Shown: positions 8,042-17,578, numbered from the stretch's first letter. The stretch is DNA of 64,000 nt from an uncultured Verrucomicrobia subdivision 3 bacterium (GCA_903912925.1 CAIWJG010000631.1:3004-67003), one strand, 5' to 3'. Notes: generated from the letters alone by a model not told the origin. Program-made: numbers and translations.

Positions 8042-11000
8042 TTGCTGCACGAACGAACCAAGTGGGGAGAACATCCAACAACCAACATCGGCCGAACACC
8101 GAACATCGAACATCCAACATCCAACATCCAACGTCGAACATCCAACGGACGATTCCTGCCCCATCAGTGGGTGTTGGGTGTTCGAGGTTGGATGTTAGAT
8201 GTTTCCAGATCGTAATTGGTCTTATTGTGTTGCTCACAGCCGCGGCTGCTAGCCGAGGTGCGCAGCTAGACTTCCCGCCGCTCTGGCAGACCGACCTGCA
8301 GACGTTCCTGGAAAGCTCCGGGCTCGTCGCCGACCTCAAAGGCGACGGCCATGAGCGAGCGGTCATTGCGGGACGCGAGGATATGTTCGCCCTCGACGGC
8401 CAGGGGAAGGTGTTGTGGCGCTGGCGGTCCAAAGGACGCTTTATGACATACCCGGCGGTGCTGGTTCGCCCACCGCAGCCGTCCCTGGTTTACGCAGCGG
8501 ACAACAGCGGCTTGCTTACCTGCCTGGACGGAACGGGCAAGGAGGTTTGGCATGCGAAGTTGAATGCGCCGTCGAGCTGGTCCGCTTCTGTCGTTTGCGA
8601 TCTCAAGGGCAATAACGATGCTGATGTCATTCAGACCGACGAGACGGGCACGGTCTGGGCCTTCGAGGCGTTGACCGGCAAAGTGCTATGGCAGACGAAG
8701 CTCAAGGGCATACCCGTCAGCCCGGCGGTTGGCGACCTGGACGGTGATGGCAAGCCGGAGATCGTGGTGGCTACTGGGCAAGGAATCATCACAGCCCTCG
8801 GCGGCAACGGCACGGTGCTATGGGAGCGGACGATCGGCGGGTCGTCCCAATCCTGGGCCACCGCGGCGCCCGTCATCTTTGCTGGATCTGATGGGCGCGG
8901 TCGCGTGGCGGCTGCCTCAAGCGGCGGCCAACTCGTGTGCCTCGATGGCAAGGGCGAGGTATTGTGGCGCCGTCCAACTCATGGCGCGGCGGCTAGCTCG
9001 ATTTCCGTGGGTGATCTCGACCTGGATGGCCGGGCGGATATTTGTCTGATCACCCAAGCCGGCGTGATCTATCGCTTTGATGAAGACGGACGCGCAATCT
9101 GGGAGATTGACATGCAGGGCCGGAGCCTGGCACCCGGTGCGATCATCGACCTAGACGGCGATGGAAAGCCGGAATACGTGCTTAGCACGCAGGATGGCTT
9201 CTTGCAGGTCCTGAACGAAGCGGGCGAGTTCCTCTACCGCTTCCACTTCAGCAATCGCACAATCAATGTAACGCCAACCTTTGGCAACCTATCGGCGGAT
9301 TCGCCGGGGCTGGAAATGCTCATAACGGGCGGCGAAGCAGGCATTGTGTTCTGCTTACACACGCCGGCGGCAACCAACGCCGTCGCGCAGTGGAAGTCTT
9401 ATCGCGGCGACGTGCGCAACAGCGGTTCGTGGTTTGGCCTGCGGCAGTCGGGCGCGGTCCGGATCTCGCCGGTGAATCTGGCCGCCGATGAGGTGCTGAG
9501 CGGCCAGAGCCTGCGGTTCACGGTCGAGAATCCCCAGACGGAGCGGCATCCGCTCACCGCCACAGCCGTCTGCGTCCGTCCCGACGGCGCGAGGCAGGTC
9601 ACGACCACAACCGTGCTGGGCCGGAGCGGCGAGCTGCTGATGCCGTTGGATGTCACCGCGCCGGGCACCTACCAATTCAGTTGGACCTTGGCCGACGCAG
9701 GCGGGCGCACGCTGGTATCCGGCGGTCGGTCGCTGTTTCTTCAGCCGTTTGCCAACGACCGCGCGCTCGTCACGCGCGCGCTGGCTGCGCTCCGCGCGGC
9801 GGCGGAAGCAACAGATCCAGTGCTTCCACTTTCCGCCACGGCGCTTCGGCACGAAGCGACATCGCTGGAAGAGCGAGCCCGAGCGGTCGCCTCGCTTCAA
9901 GACTCCCTGCCCGGCAGCGGCGTAACCGGTTCGCAGGTCGTCCTGGATAAGTCAGCGGCGCTGGTTTCGCACGCCAAGCGGGCGCTGGCAGTCGCTGGTG
10001 TGATTCACCAGGCGACGGCCCTTGGTCAAGGCACAAGCCTGGTCGCTTTCCAGGGGACGCTATGGGAGAACCGGAAGGTGGACGAACAACTGCCCGCCCA
10101 GGCGGCCAACCCGCTTCGCATCACCCGCAAGGTGGTTCCCGGCGAGCATGAACCGGTCAGCTTGAACCTGTTCAACGTAACCGACCATGAGTTGCTGGTG
10201 CGCGTGCAGTTCCATGCTCTGACCAACGGGGTTGTGGTGGTTCCGCATCGGGCGGTGGGGGTGCCCACGTCTTTGGGTGAGGTCGCCTGGGACGCGATGC
10301 CCGAGTTGGACGAGAGCGGCACGCTGACCATCCCGTCCCTGGCCAGCCGGGAATTATGGCTGGATGTGGACCTGGGCGCCGCGAAACCGGGCAGCCACCA
10401 GGTCAAACTGCGTTTGCAGGCGCTCAACGGCGCGGGCGTGCTGGATGCGCCGACGCATCCTCACTCTGTGCCGCCGCCGGAGACTGCGATTGAAATTACG
10501 CTCCAGGTTGCCGACTTTGCTATGGCCGCGCCGGGTGATTTCCGCCTTTGCACGTGGGCCGCGCCGGAGGCAGCGCAACTGCCCGACCTGCTTGCCCACG
10601 GGAACAATGTCTTCACCGCTTCATTGCCTGCAGCGAAATATGACGCTCAGGGTCACTTGGCCGCGTCTGACTACAACGCGCTGGACCCGGTGTTGAGCAG
10701 GCTGCGAGGGAAGGATGTGGTGCTGATGTTGATGGGGATTCCCAGCCTGCACGGCGAATCCGGCAGCGCGGCTTATCGAGGCGACTTGAAGATATTCCTG
10801 GATGAGCTGGTGACACACATGGCGGGGGCGGGCTTCGATATAAAGCATTTTGCGCTGTATCCGTTTGACGAGCCGGGCGGTGTCGGTTGGACGCTGGTCA
10901 ATCCACTAGTCGAGTTCGGGAAGCAGGTCCGCGCGATCAACCCCGACCTGATGCTGTATGTGGACGGCGGGGGCGAGCTTCCCATGTTCCAGGCGATGGC

Positions 11001-11601
11001 GCCCTACATTGATATTTGGTCTCCGAGCATCTACATGCTCGCGGAAAAGACGCCAGTGATGGACGTAGTGCGCCAGAGCGGCAAGCTACACTGGTCGTAC
11101 AATTGCGGCTATGGCTATAGCCGGCCGGCCGGGGCGAATCTCAAGAACATGAACCTGGTTAGCGATTACCGGAACGCCGCGCTGTTTGCCCTCCGGCACA
11201 ATGCCACGGGAATCGGCTTTTGGTGCTACAACATGGGCGGCGATCCGTGGGGACGCATAGACTTGGAGTATATGCTGGTCTATCCGGGCCGAACCGGGCC
11301 GGTCACAAGTCGCCGCTGGGAAGCGGTCCGGGAAGGCATCGAGGATTATCGCATAGTGACCGCGCTGCGAAAGTGCCTGTCGGAAGACGGCGGAGCGAAG
11401 GTGCCTGCGGCGGTTCGCACTCGCATTGAACGGCTGCTCCAGGTAAGCCTGCCCGGCCTGGTGGATCAGAGCTATGAGGAGATGACGCGCGGGCTGGGGC
11501 GGAACGTGATTGACGCCAGCAACAACGACGCGACCTCGGGTGCGTTCCGCAGCGAGATGATGGAGTGTGTGGAAGCGGTAGCTGCCGGGAAGGCGAAGTA
11601 A
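8038..11601 (+). CDS. Giant secreted protein: FG-GAP/PQQ-like beta-propeller + DUF4091-like (GH123-like) C-terminal domain; paralog of 13383..16520
   Basis: Repeats GDLDGDGKPEIVVAT, GDLDLDGRADICL and IIDLDGDGKPEYVLST. C-terminal YPFDEPGG...IDIWSP...WSYNCGYGY...GIGFWCYN...WEAVREGIEDYRIV. ATG 8038 overlaps the upstream stop (ATGA), but the first ~45 codons translate hairpin H2. GTG 8167 or TTG 8188, directly before the signal peptide FQIVIGLIVLLTAAAASRGA, are plausible true starts. Confidence 0.85.
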   Translation: MIAARTNQVGRTSNNQHRPNTEHRTSNIQHPTSNIQRTIPAPSVGVGCSRLDVRCFQIVIGLIVLLTAAAASRGAQLDFPPLWQTDLQTFLESSGLVADLKGDGHERAVIAGREDMFALDGQGKVLWRWRSKGRFMTYPAVLVRPPQPSLVYAADNSGLLTCLDGTGKEVWHAKLNAPSSWSASVVCDLKGNNDADVIQTDETGTVWAFEALTGKVLWQTKLKGIPVSPAVGDLDGDGKPEIVVATGQGIITALGGNGTVLWERTIGGSSQSWATAAPVIFAGSDGRGRVAAASSGGQLVCLDGKGEVLWRRPTHGAAASSISVGDLDLDGRADICLITQAGVIYRFDEDGRAIWEIDMQGRSLAPGAIIDLDGDGKPEYVLSTQDGFLQVLNEAGEFLYRFHFSNRTINVTPTFGNLSADSPGLEMLITGGEAGIVFCLHTPAATNAVAQWKSYRGDVRNSGSWFGLRQSGAVRISPVNLAADEVLSGQSLRFTVENPQTERHPLTATAVCVRPDGARQVTTTTVLGRSGELLMPLDVTAPGTYQFSWTLADAGGRTLVSGGRSLFLQPFANDRALVTRALAALRAAAEATDPVLPLSATALRHEATSLEERARAVASLQDSLPGSGVTGSQVVLDKSAALVSHAKRALAVAGVIHQATALGQGTSLVAFQGTLWENRKVDEQLPAQAANPLRITRKVVPGEHEPVSLNLFNVTDHELLVRVQFHALTNGVVVVPHRAVGVPTSLGEVAWDAMPELDESGTLTIPSLASRELWLDVDLGAAKPGSHQVKLRLQALNGAGVLDAPTHPHSVPPPETAIEITLQVADFAMAAPGDFRLCTWAAPEAAQLPDLLAHGNNVFTASLPAAKYDAQGHLAASDYNALDPVLSRLRGKDVVLMLMGIPSLHGESGSAAYRGDLKIFLDELVTHMAGAGFDIKHFALYPFDEPGGVGWTLVNPLVEFGKQVRAINPDLMLYVDGGGELPMFQAMAPYIDIWSPSIYMLAEKTPVMDVVRQSGKLHWSYNCGYGYSRPAGANLKNMNLVSDYRNAALFALRHNATGIGFWCYNMGGDPWGRIDLEYMLVYPGRTGPVTSRRWEAVREGIEDYRIVTALRKCLSEDGGAKVPAAVRTRIERLLQVSLPGLVDQSYEEMTRGLGRNVIDASNNDATSGAFRSEMMECVEAVAAGKAK
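8070..8206. repeat. Hairpin element H2 (same aacatcg/aacatcc 7-mer family as H1)
   Basis: Left arm 8070-8147 (acatccaacaaccaacatcgg...gaacatcgaacatccaacatccaacatccaacgtcgaacatccaac). Shorter right arm 8169-8206 (gggtgttgggtgttcgaggttggatgttagatgtttcc). Confidence 0.8.
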
Positions 11602-11617
11602 TGGGGCGAGCAAGCGG

Positions 11618-11719
11618 CGCGCGGACATTCTTGTCCGCAGCGGCTCCCGAATGCGAACAAGGCTTGGACTTGTTGGCCGTCTCGACGAAACACGTTGCTG
11701 CGGACAGGAATGTCCGCGC
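11618..11719. repeat. Palindromic intergenic element (gcgcggacattcttgtccgcagc ... gctgcggacaggaatgtccgcgc)
   Basis: 23-nt terminal inverted arms at 11618-11640 and 11697-11719, with an inner aacaaggcttggacttgtt hairpin. Lies 17 nt after the stop of 8038..11601. Confidence 0.75.
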
Positions 11720-11920
11720 TCCAGCGGCGGTGTGAGGATGAGCCCCTTGTTTAGCCCACCTAAAGAAGCTCCTCGACACGAGGCCCACGGTCTCTCAGCA
11801 TGCGCTCGAAATGAGAGCGGTCGGGAACCAATTGCCTCTCGCCCACACCTGCGACGATGAAGGCACACGGCGGCAGAATGCAAGTTCCTGTCACGCTCTT
11901 CCACGAGCCAGGAGCCACCA

Positions 11921-13360
11921 ATGAGAACAGTCATTTCCCGCAGAGTCAACATTGCGGCAGCCGTCTGGCTCGCGGCCCTGTACGTCGGCACGCAAAGAGC
12001 TCCCGCTGCCCCTCCCGCCGCGGGTCAAGCCGTGCCGATCCCCCTGGAGCAACTCGGCGCCGTGGCTGGCAGACAGTATCGGGGCGACGGCTTGGCCGTT
12101 ACCGCCACAGCCGAGCAGCTCACATTCAGCGACACGGACTGGTTCAGCTTGGGGCCGGGGGTGAACGGTGCGGTCAATGCGCTGGCGGTGTCGGGCAGCA
12201 ACCTGTATGTGGGAGGCCAGTTCACCTCGGCGGGCGGCATCAGTGCCAGCAACGTGGCGAAGTGGGACGGGAACACGTGGTCGGCTTTGGGGTCGGGGGT
12301 GAATGGCTCTGTCGGCGCGCTGGCGGTGTCGGGCAGCGACCTGTATGTGGCGGGTGCGTTTACCACGGCGGGCGGCAGCAACGCAAATTACGTGGCGAAA
12401 TGGAACGGGATCGCATGGCTGCCCTTGGGCTCGGGACTGGGCTACATGATACCTGTCGAGCACTTTGCGCTGGCGGTGTCGGGCAGCAACTTTTTCGCTT
12501 GGCCTTTCTGCGTTGCCATCCTTCCGGGCGGCCAGATTATTTGTGATGTGGCGAATTGGAACGGCAGCGGGTGGTCGGTGCTGGAGCCGGGATTGAACCT
12601 CTGCCCCCTGGTGGTATCGGGCAGCGACCTGTATGGGAGTAGTTCGTTCAACTTTCCGGGCGGCGAACGTGGAGGCTATGTGGCGAAATGGGATGGCAGC
12701 GAGTGGTCGGACTTGGGGTCGGGTGTGTTCGGCTCGATCAATGCCTTGGCGGTATCGGGCAGCGAAGTGTACGCTGGCAGCACGTACTTCTTTCCGGACG
12801 GCCACAGTTATCCATATGTGGCGAAATGGAATGGCAGCGAGTGGGCGGTTTTAGGGTCAGAGGTGGGGGTTGGCAGCACGGTCAATGCGCTGGCAGTGTC
12901 GGGCAGTGACCTGTATGCGGGCGGCAACTTCACCACGGTGGGCGGCAGCAGCGCAAATTGCGTGGCGAAATGGGACGGGAGTGTGTGGTCGGCTTTGGGG
13001 TCGGGGGTGGGTGGCCTGAGCAATTCCTGTGTCTTTGCAATGGCGGTGTTGGGCAGCGACCTGTATGTGGGAGGCTGTTTCAGCACTGCTGGCGGGAAGC
13101 CGTCCGCTTATGTAGCCAGGGCGCACATCGGCCCGGCACGCGGCAGACTCACCAACTGTCTCAGTTCACCGGTCACCGGGTTCAGTTGCACCTTCAGTGA
13201 CGGCTCGCTCGGCCAACCCTACCGCATCCAGACCTCCCCTTCACTGGCAGGTGATTCTTGGACCGACCTCACGAACTTCACTTACGCCGGGCCAACCATC
13301 ATTACCGACACCTCCGCCGTCTCCACGACGAACACATTCTATCGCGCCGTCACACCTTGA
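11921..13360 (+). CDS. Secreted 7-repeat beta-propeller protein (~46-aa ALAVSGS.LY.GG.F...GG....VAKWDG..WS.LGSG repeats)
   Basis: Signal peptide MRTVISRRVNIAAAVWLAALYVG. Seven tandem repeats are visible in the peptide, with near-identical DNA blocks such as gcgctggcggtgtcgggcagcgacctgtatgt. C-terminal beta-sandwich-like tail ends in FYRAVTP. Confidence 0.85.
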   Translation: MRTVISRRVNIAAAVWLAALYVGTQRAPAAPPAAGQAVPIPLEQLGAVAGRQYRGDGLAVTATAEQLTFSDTDWFSLGPGVNGAVNALAVSGSNLYVGGQFTSAGGISASNVAKWDGNTWSALGSGVNGSVGALAVSGSDLYVAGAFTTAGGSNANYVAKWNGIAWLPLGSGLGYMIPVEHFALAVSGSNFFAWPFCVAILPGGQIICDVANWNGSGWSVLEPGLNLCPLVVSGSDLYGSSSFNFPGGERGGYVAKWDGSEWSDLGSGVFGSINALAVSGSEVYAGSTYFFPDGHSYPYVAKWNGSEWAVLGSEVGVGSTVNALAVSGSDLYAGGNFTTVGGSSANCVAKWDGSVWSALGSGVGGLSNSCVFAMAVLGSDLYVGGCFSTAGGKPSAYVARAHIGPARGRLTNCLSSPVTGFSCTFSDGSLGQPYRIQTSPSLAGDSWTDLTNFTYAGPTIITDTSAVSTTNTFYRAVTP

Positions 13361-13382
13361 TCGCACCGCAGGGAAGGGCCTC

Positions 13383-16300
13383 TCAGTCCGGAACCAGCGC
13401 CAGCGTCAGCCGGGCGATCTGGGCCCGGTGGCGGCGGAACGTCTCGATGTCCGTCCACGTGTGGGCTATGACGCGGTCCCCTGCGCGCAGGAAATCGCGG
13501 CTCTCGGTGAAGGCCTCGTCCGACAGCTCCATGACGTCGCGCAGCGCAATTCGTAGCGTCTCTTCGGCCTCATGCACCAGTTCCGGGCGCTGGCCTGCCT
13601 GGCGATTCCGCTGCATGGCTTGTTCGAGCAGGGCAATGGCGGATACGTCTTCCAGTCCATCGCGCACTGCCTCCCAGCGAATGCTCGGTGTGGGGAGGTC
13701 GCCCGGATAGACCAGGCAATACTCGTCGTTGATCGTCTTCCCGGGGAACCAGAGGTCCACGTCGGCGGTGCTATGGGTCCAGAAGCCGATGCCGGTCAGG
13801 CCGAAGAACTCGGCCCGCCATGCGTTGGCACGGTTGTAGCGCAGCGGAGAGAGGGACTTTACCTGGGACACGCACTCGTAGGACCAGACGGTCTTGGCCG
13901 ACATAATGCGTTTGATGCGGGGATCGCCGGAGAGCAGGCCCGACACGAGCCGCATGTTCGGCGCCCAGATATCCACCAGCGGTTCGATGCGCTCGAAGTC
14001 CTTCCAAGAGAGGCCGGGGACCGGATCGGTGTAGGTGCGCAGCTTCGGGTCAGCCTCGCGGAACAGTTTGCCAGCATCCACCAGAATGGCGACGTTCGGA
14101 CCGTAGTCCAGGCCCGGCTCATCGAGCAGGTAGAAGGCGTAATCTTCGTATCCCCTGCCCCGCTCCCGCAGGTGATCGCGGAGGGCGAGGATGTAGGCGA
14201 TTTCAGTCGGGCGCTTCTCCGCGTCAGAAGGTTTCACCGCGAACTCGATGGGTGGATGGTCCAGGTGAAAGAGGATCTTCCCGCGTCCCTGGAGCCGGTC
14301 CAATTCAGCATCGAGCACCGACCAGGCAATGGTCAGGTGCCCCGCCGCATCAACGCGGCCCGGGGGGATGGTTGAGCGAGGAAAGACGTTCACGCCGTGC
14401 CGGCCCATGTCATCCAGCACCTCTTTGGTGTGGTTGGGGAACCAACGGTTTGGGATGTAGTCCCAGATGCATAAGGCCAGAGGCGGATTGGTGGGCATAC
14501 GCAAGTTCAGCACTTCGATGGTCAGCGGCAGCTCGACTATCCCGGTCTCACGGCGTAGCAGAGCAATCGTGACGCGGCCTGCGTAGTTCCCGGGCGCGAC
14601 GCCGCGAGCATCCGCGCTGAGCCAGATCTTCACCGCGCGGTGCGGCGGCACGGTTAGCAGGCCCGCGTCATCCAGCGGCGGCAAGGCGTCGGGGACAAGC
14701 TCGCCATTCACCGAGCCGGTGGCGACTACTTCGCGCAGCACGAGCGGCCCACTGAAAGCCACGCCGTCCTTGCGGACCAGATTGGTGATCACCACTCGCG
14801 CTCGAATGGCCTCATCGAGGGCAGAGGCTATAATAAACGCGCCGTGTCCGGCTTCATTTACGTAGAGGTTTCTCACGGCGATGCCCTGCTCGACGCCGGA
14901 TTCGGTCTCGTTGCTAAACGGGCCAAGGCGCGCGTCATTGAAGGTGCCGTAGGGTTGAGTAGGCCAGGAGAGCAAAGTTCCGCTTGGTGCGACCTGATGA
15001 GTAGGCTCACCCGAGGCTGGAAGCTGCCACGTCTTTTCCGTGAGCAATGCGCCGGCAGCGGCATTCTGTGCGGTGGCGTGCAGGGACCACGATCCCGTCC
15101 GCACCATTGCCGGCAGGGGCATTTCGAAGGCCGACCTTGCGCTCACGCTGCCCATGATCCGCGTCCACTGATTGCTCGCGCTCATCTGCACCGTCACACT
15201 CAGCAGTGCTCCGTGGGGATTCTGCACCTGGACCGACCCACCTTCCCGGCTTTGGGCGGCTGGTAGTAGATTCAAGCTTACTTGCCTGGGTTCGCCCGTT
15301 TGGCCGTAAGGCGAGCGCGGCGGTCCGGGCCGCAGCCGGTAAGCCAACAATGCGGTGGTAGTCACCAGAAGGTCCGACCGACCGCTGGAGGAATCGCGGA
15401 GCGGCGTGAGCGCCGAGGGCATGATGCCGGAGAGGCGAATATCGTCGGCCAATCGACCATCCTCGTCGAACACATAGAGGTGCTGGTTAAACGCGGGCAG
15501 GAAGACCTGATGCCGACCGCTTCCCGCCGCTTCGCCTATCACAGGCGCCGCCCGGGTTTTCGTGCGGAACAGGTGGGTCCAAACGCGGTGACCCTCCACA
15601 TCAATGGCGTGCAGGTTGCCCCACTCGCCCGTGCATAGAATCAGCGGATTCGAATTGCTTCGGGGCAGGAGAACGATGTGTCGGTTCAAAGTGTCCCCCG
15701 TGGGACATTCCCAGCGCACTTCCCCTGCGAGACTCAGGCCGAAGAGCGACCCGGAAGCGGTGCCGCACAACACAAGATCACCCGCAGGCAAACTCACCAC
15801 CTCCGGCGTGGTCACTATCCCCTGCCCTACTGCGCGCTGCCAGCGTACGCTTCCGGATGCCTCCAGGCAGAACAAGTTGGAACCAGCGCCAACCAGAAGA
15901 GCCTCGGCTTTTTGATTTAGAAGAAGCTGCCGCGGCGCGGCTTTGATGGGGCCGGCCCCCAGCGCATTGGTCCAAACGACCTTCCCATTGCCGGTCAGGC
16001 AGGTGACCGTGCCTGAGCTATCGCCGAAGGCGAACACGGTGCCCACGCCCGCAGTCAACCGAGCCGGGATCGCATTGCCCCAACTGGTTTCTCCGGGAAG
16101 TTTATGCTGCCAGAGCACCTGACACTTCTGATCCAACCCGACGACCAGCCCCTCGACGCTCGCGGCCAGCAGACGCGCATCTGCCGGTGCGTCCAGCAAT
16201 GTCGGCGCAGTCGTCCAGCGCCCTGCCGGCAATTGAGCGACCAAACCGTCCTGACCCGCGCCCACTGCGGTGCCGTCGTCGGCCCACAGCATCAGTTGGC

Positions 16301-16520
16301 CGCCGCGGTTGAGCACGAGGATCTGGGATTTGCCGGAGCCGCTGAAGTCCGCTACGAGCGGCGAGGCTTCCACGGGCCATTGTCCCGCCATGCGCGTCCA
16401 CTGGATTTCCATTGCCCGGCTTAGCCCGGGCGCGAGGGCGATGGCGAACAGGAGTGCCGTGACGGCCTCAACAAAAGAAGCACGGTAAAGCCGGGGCCTG
16501 GAGCATCTGATTCTCATCAT
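13383..16520 (-). CDS. Giant secreted protein: beta-propeller + DUF4091-like C-terminal domain; paralog of 8038..11601
   Basis: Signal peptide MMRIRCSRPRLYRASFVEAVTALLFAIALAPGLSRA. C-terminus FYLLDEPG...VDIWAPN...WSYECV...GIGFWTH...WEAVRDGLEDVSAI aligns with the paralog. Confidence 0.85.
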   Translation of the reverse strand: MMRIRCSRPRLYRASFVEAVTALLFAIALAPGLSRAMEIQWTRMAGQWPVEASPLVADFSGSGKSQILVLNRGGQLMLWADDGTAVGAGQDGLVAQLPAGRWTTAPTLLDAPADARLLAASVEGLVVGLDQKCQVLWQHKLPGETSWGNAIPARLTAGVGTVFAFGDSSGTVTCLTGNGKVVWTNALGAGPIKAAPRQLLLNQKAEALLVGAGSNLFCLEASGSVRWQRAVGQGIVTTPEVVSLPAGDLVLCGTASGSLFGLSLAGEVRWECPTGDTLNRHIVLLPRSNSNPLILCTGEWGNLHAIDVEGHRVWTHLFRTKTRAAPVIGEAAGSGRHQVFLPAFNQHLYVFDEDGRLADDIRLSGIMPSALTPLRDSSSGRSDLLVTTTALLAYRLRPGPPRSPYGQTGEPRQVSLNLLPAAQSREGGSVQVQNPHGALLSVTVQMSASNQWTRIMGSVSARSAFEMPLPAMVRTGSWSLHATAQNAAAGALLTEKTWQLPASGEPTHQVAPSGTLLSWPTQPYGTFNDARLGPFSNETESGVEQGIAVRNLYVNEAGHGAFIIASALDEAIRARVVITNLVRKDGVAFSGPLVLREVVATGSVNGELVPDALPPLDDAGLLTVPPHRAVKIWLSADARGVAPGNYAGRVTIALLRRETGIVELPLTIEVLNLRMPTNPPLALCIWDYIPNRWFPNHTKEVLDDMGRHGVNVFPRSTIPPGRVDAAGHLTIAWSVLDAELDRLQGRGKILFHLDHPPIEFAVKPSDAEKRPTEIAYILALRDHLRERGRGYEDYAFYLLDEPGLDYGPNVAILVDAGKLFREADPKLRTYTDPVPGLSWKDFERIEPLVDIWAPNMRLVSGLLSGDPRIKRIMSAKTVWSYECVSQVKSLSPLRYNRANAWRAEFFGLTGIGFWTHSTADVDLWFPGKTINDEYCLVYPGDLPTPSIRWEAVRDGLEDVSAIALLEQAMQRNRQAGQRPELVHEAEETLRIALRDVMELSDEAFTESRDFLRAGDRVIAHTWTDIETFRRHRAQIARLTLALVPD

Positions 16521-16752
16521 CTGGTGGCTTCACCGCTACCATAGCCAGCGTTCCATTTCAATTCTTTCGCCCACCATGCCCCAGGGCTCCACGCTCCAAG
16601 AGCCTCAAAACCAGGCGTAGCCCCCGGGGCCGAGATCACCATCCTGCGGCGATGTGCGGCACATCCGACTGTGCGCCAAAGACATAAACGGGATACGACT
16701 GGCCAACGCCCGCCTTTGCAGAGTAGCCGGTTTGAGCGGACACGACCAGACG

Positions 16753-17100
16753 TTACCCACAGAACGCTGGCTCAGCAATCAAGCCAGGCCGAAGCTGTCG
16801 CACTGTGCGGATTGAATCGGAAACTTCAGAAGTCCGCGCAGTTTGTGGTTTGTTGGCTTCCAGCAACACCCTCAACGCTGCCTCCAGGAGTCCGGCGGGC
16901 GCGCGCGGCGTTTCTTCCTCAATGATGGTGATATCCTGGGCCTTGACACGCAAAAGTCTTCCCAACTGTCCGCGCGTCATCTTTGCGCCCTCGCGCAATT
17001 GCGTCACCGCCTCGCCCAATTCCAGCAATTGGCGGGCAGCGGCATAAAGCGGGTCGCTCGCCATATTGCGCGCATCAAATTGCTCCAAATCATCGCTCAT
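16753..17100 (-). CDS. XRE-family HTH antitoxin (HigA-like)
   Basis: The ATG at 17100 overlaps the toxin stop (ATGA at 17097-17100). HTH segment MTRGQLGRLLRVKAQDITIIEE. The track ORF 16753..17277 is an upstream over-extension. Confidence 0.75.
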   Translation of the reverse strand: MSDDLEQFDARNMASDPLYAAARQLLELGEAVTQLREGAKMTRGQLGRLLRVKAQDITIIEEETPRAPAGLLEAALRVLLEANKPQTARTSEVSDSIRTVRQLRPGLIAEPAFCG

Positions 17101-17450
17101 AGATAACCGTGCGTCTGAAGATACCGCTTCTTGCGCTGCTCGGCAATTTCCAATTCCTGGCGCGGCGTTTTCTGGGTTTTCTTTTGGAAACCGTGCAGCA
17201 AAATCACGCGGTTGCCCTTGTAGGTGCAGGCCAGAATCCGGTAAATGTTCCCCGCATATTCCGTTCGCACCTCCCACAGATTGTCCGTCCCCGGCATCTT
17301 CTGCCAGAATTTCGACGGAACAAACGGCAGCGTTCGCAATAGCTCCAGGGAACGCACCATCTTCGCTCGCGGGCCGGGTTCAAGTCCCGCCAGAAAGCCT
17401 CCGACAGGTTTGTCGCCGAAATCTGTTTGGTAGAAAACTATCTCGCGCAT
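17097..17450 (-). CDS. RelE/ParE-superfamily toxin, Gp49/DUF891 (HigB-like)
   Basis: MREIVFYQTDFGDKPVGGFL...LWEVRTEYAGNIYRILACTYKGNRVILLHGFQKKTQKTPRQELEIAEQRKKRY matches the Gp49-like toxin pattern. The toxin-first order is typical of HigBA. Confidence 0.85.
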   Translation of the reverse strand: MREIVFYQTDFGDKPVGGFLAGLEPGPRAKMVRSLELLRTLPFVPSKFWQKMPGTDNLWEVRTEYAGNIYRILACTYKGNRVILLHGFQKKTQKTPRQELEIAEQRKKRYLQTHGYL

Positions 17451-17578
17451 GAGAACTACGGGCCGAGTTTCCGCACAAATACAGTAAATTAAAAGTCAGT
17501 TTTTCGCCTGCTCCAGCATTCAACCTGAAAACAGCAGTTGGAACCACGGATTTCGCGGATAACACGGATAAAGAGAGA

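Noticed and set aside
11086-12805. ORFs 11086..11991(-), 11857..12546(+) and 11891..12805(-), overlapping the end of the propeller gene, the spacer and the repeat-protein gene
   Set aside because: They overlap well-supported genes or translate the 11618-11719 palindrome. The periodicity of the real repeat gene creates long open alternative frames.
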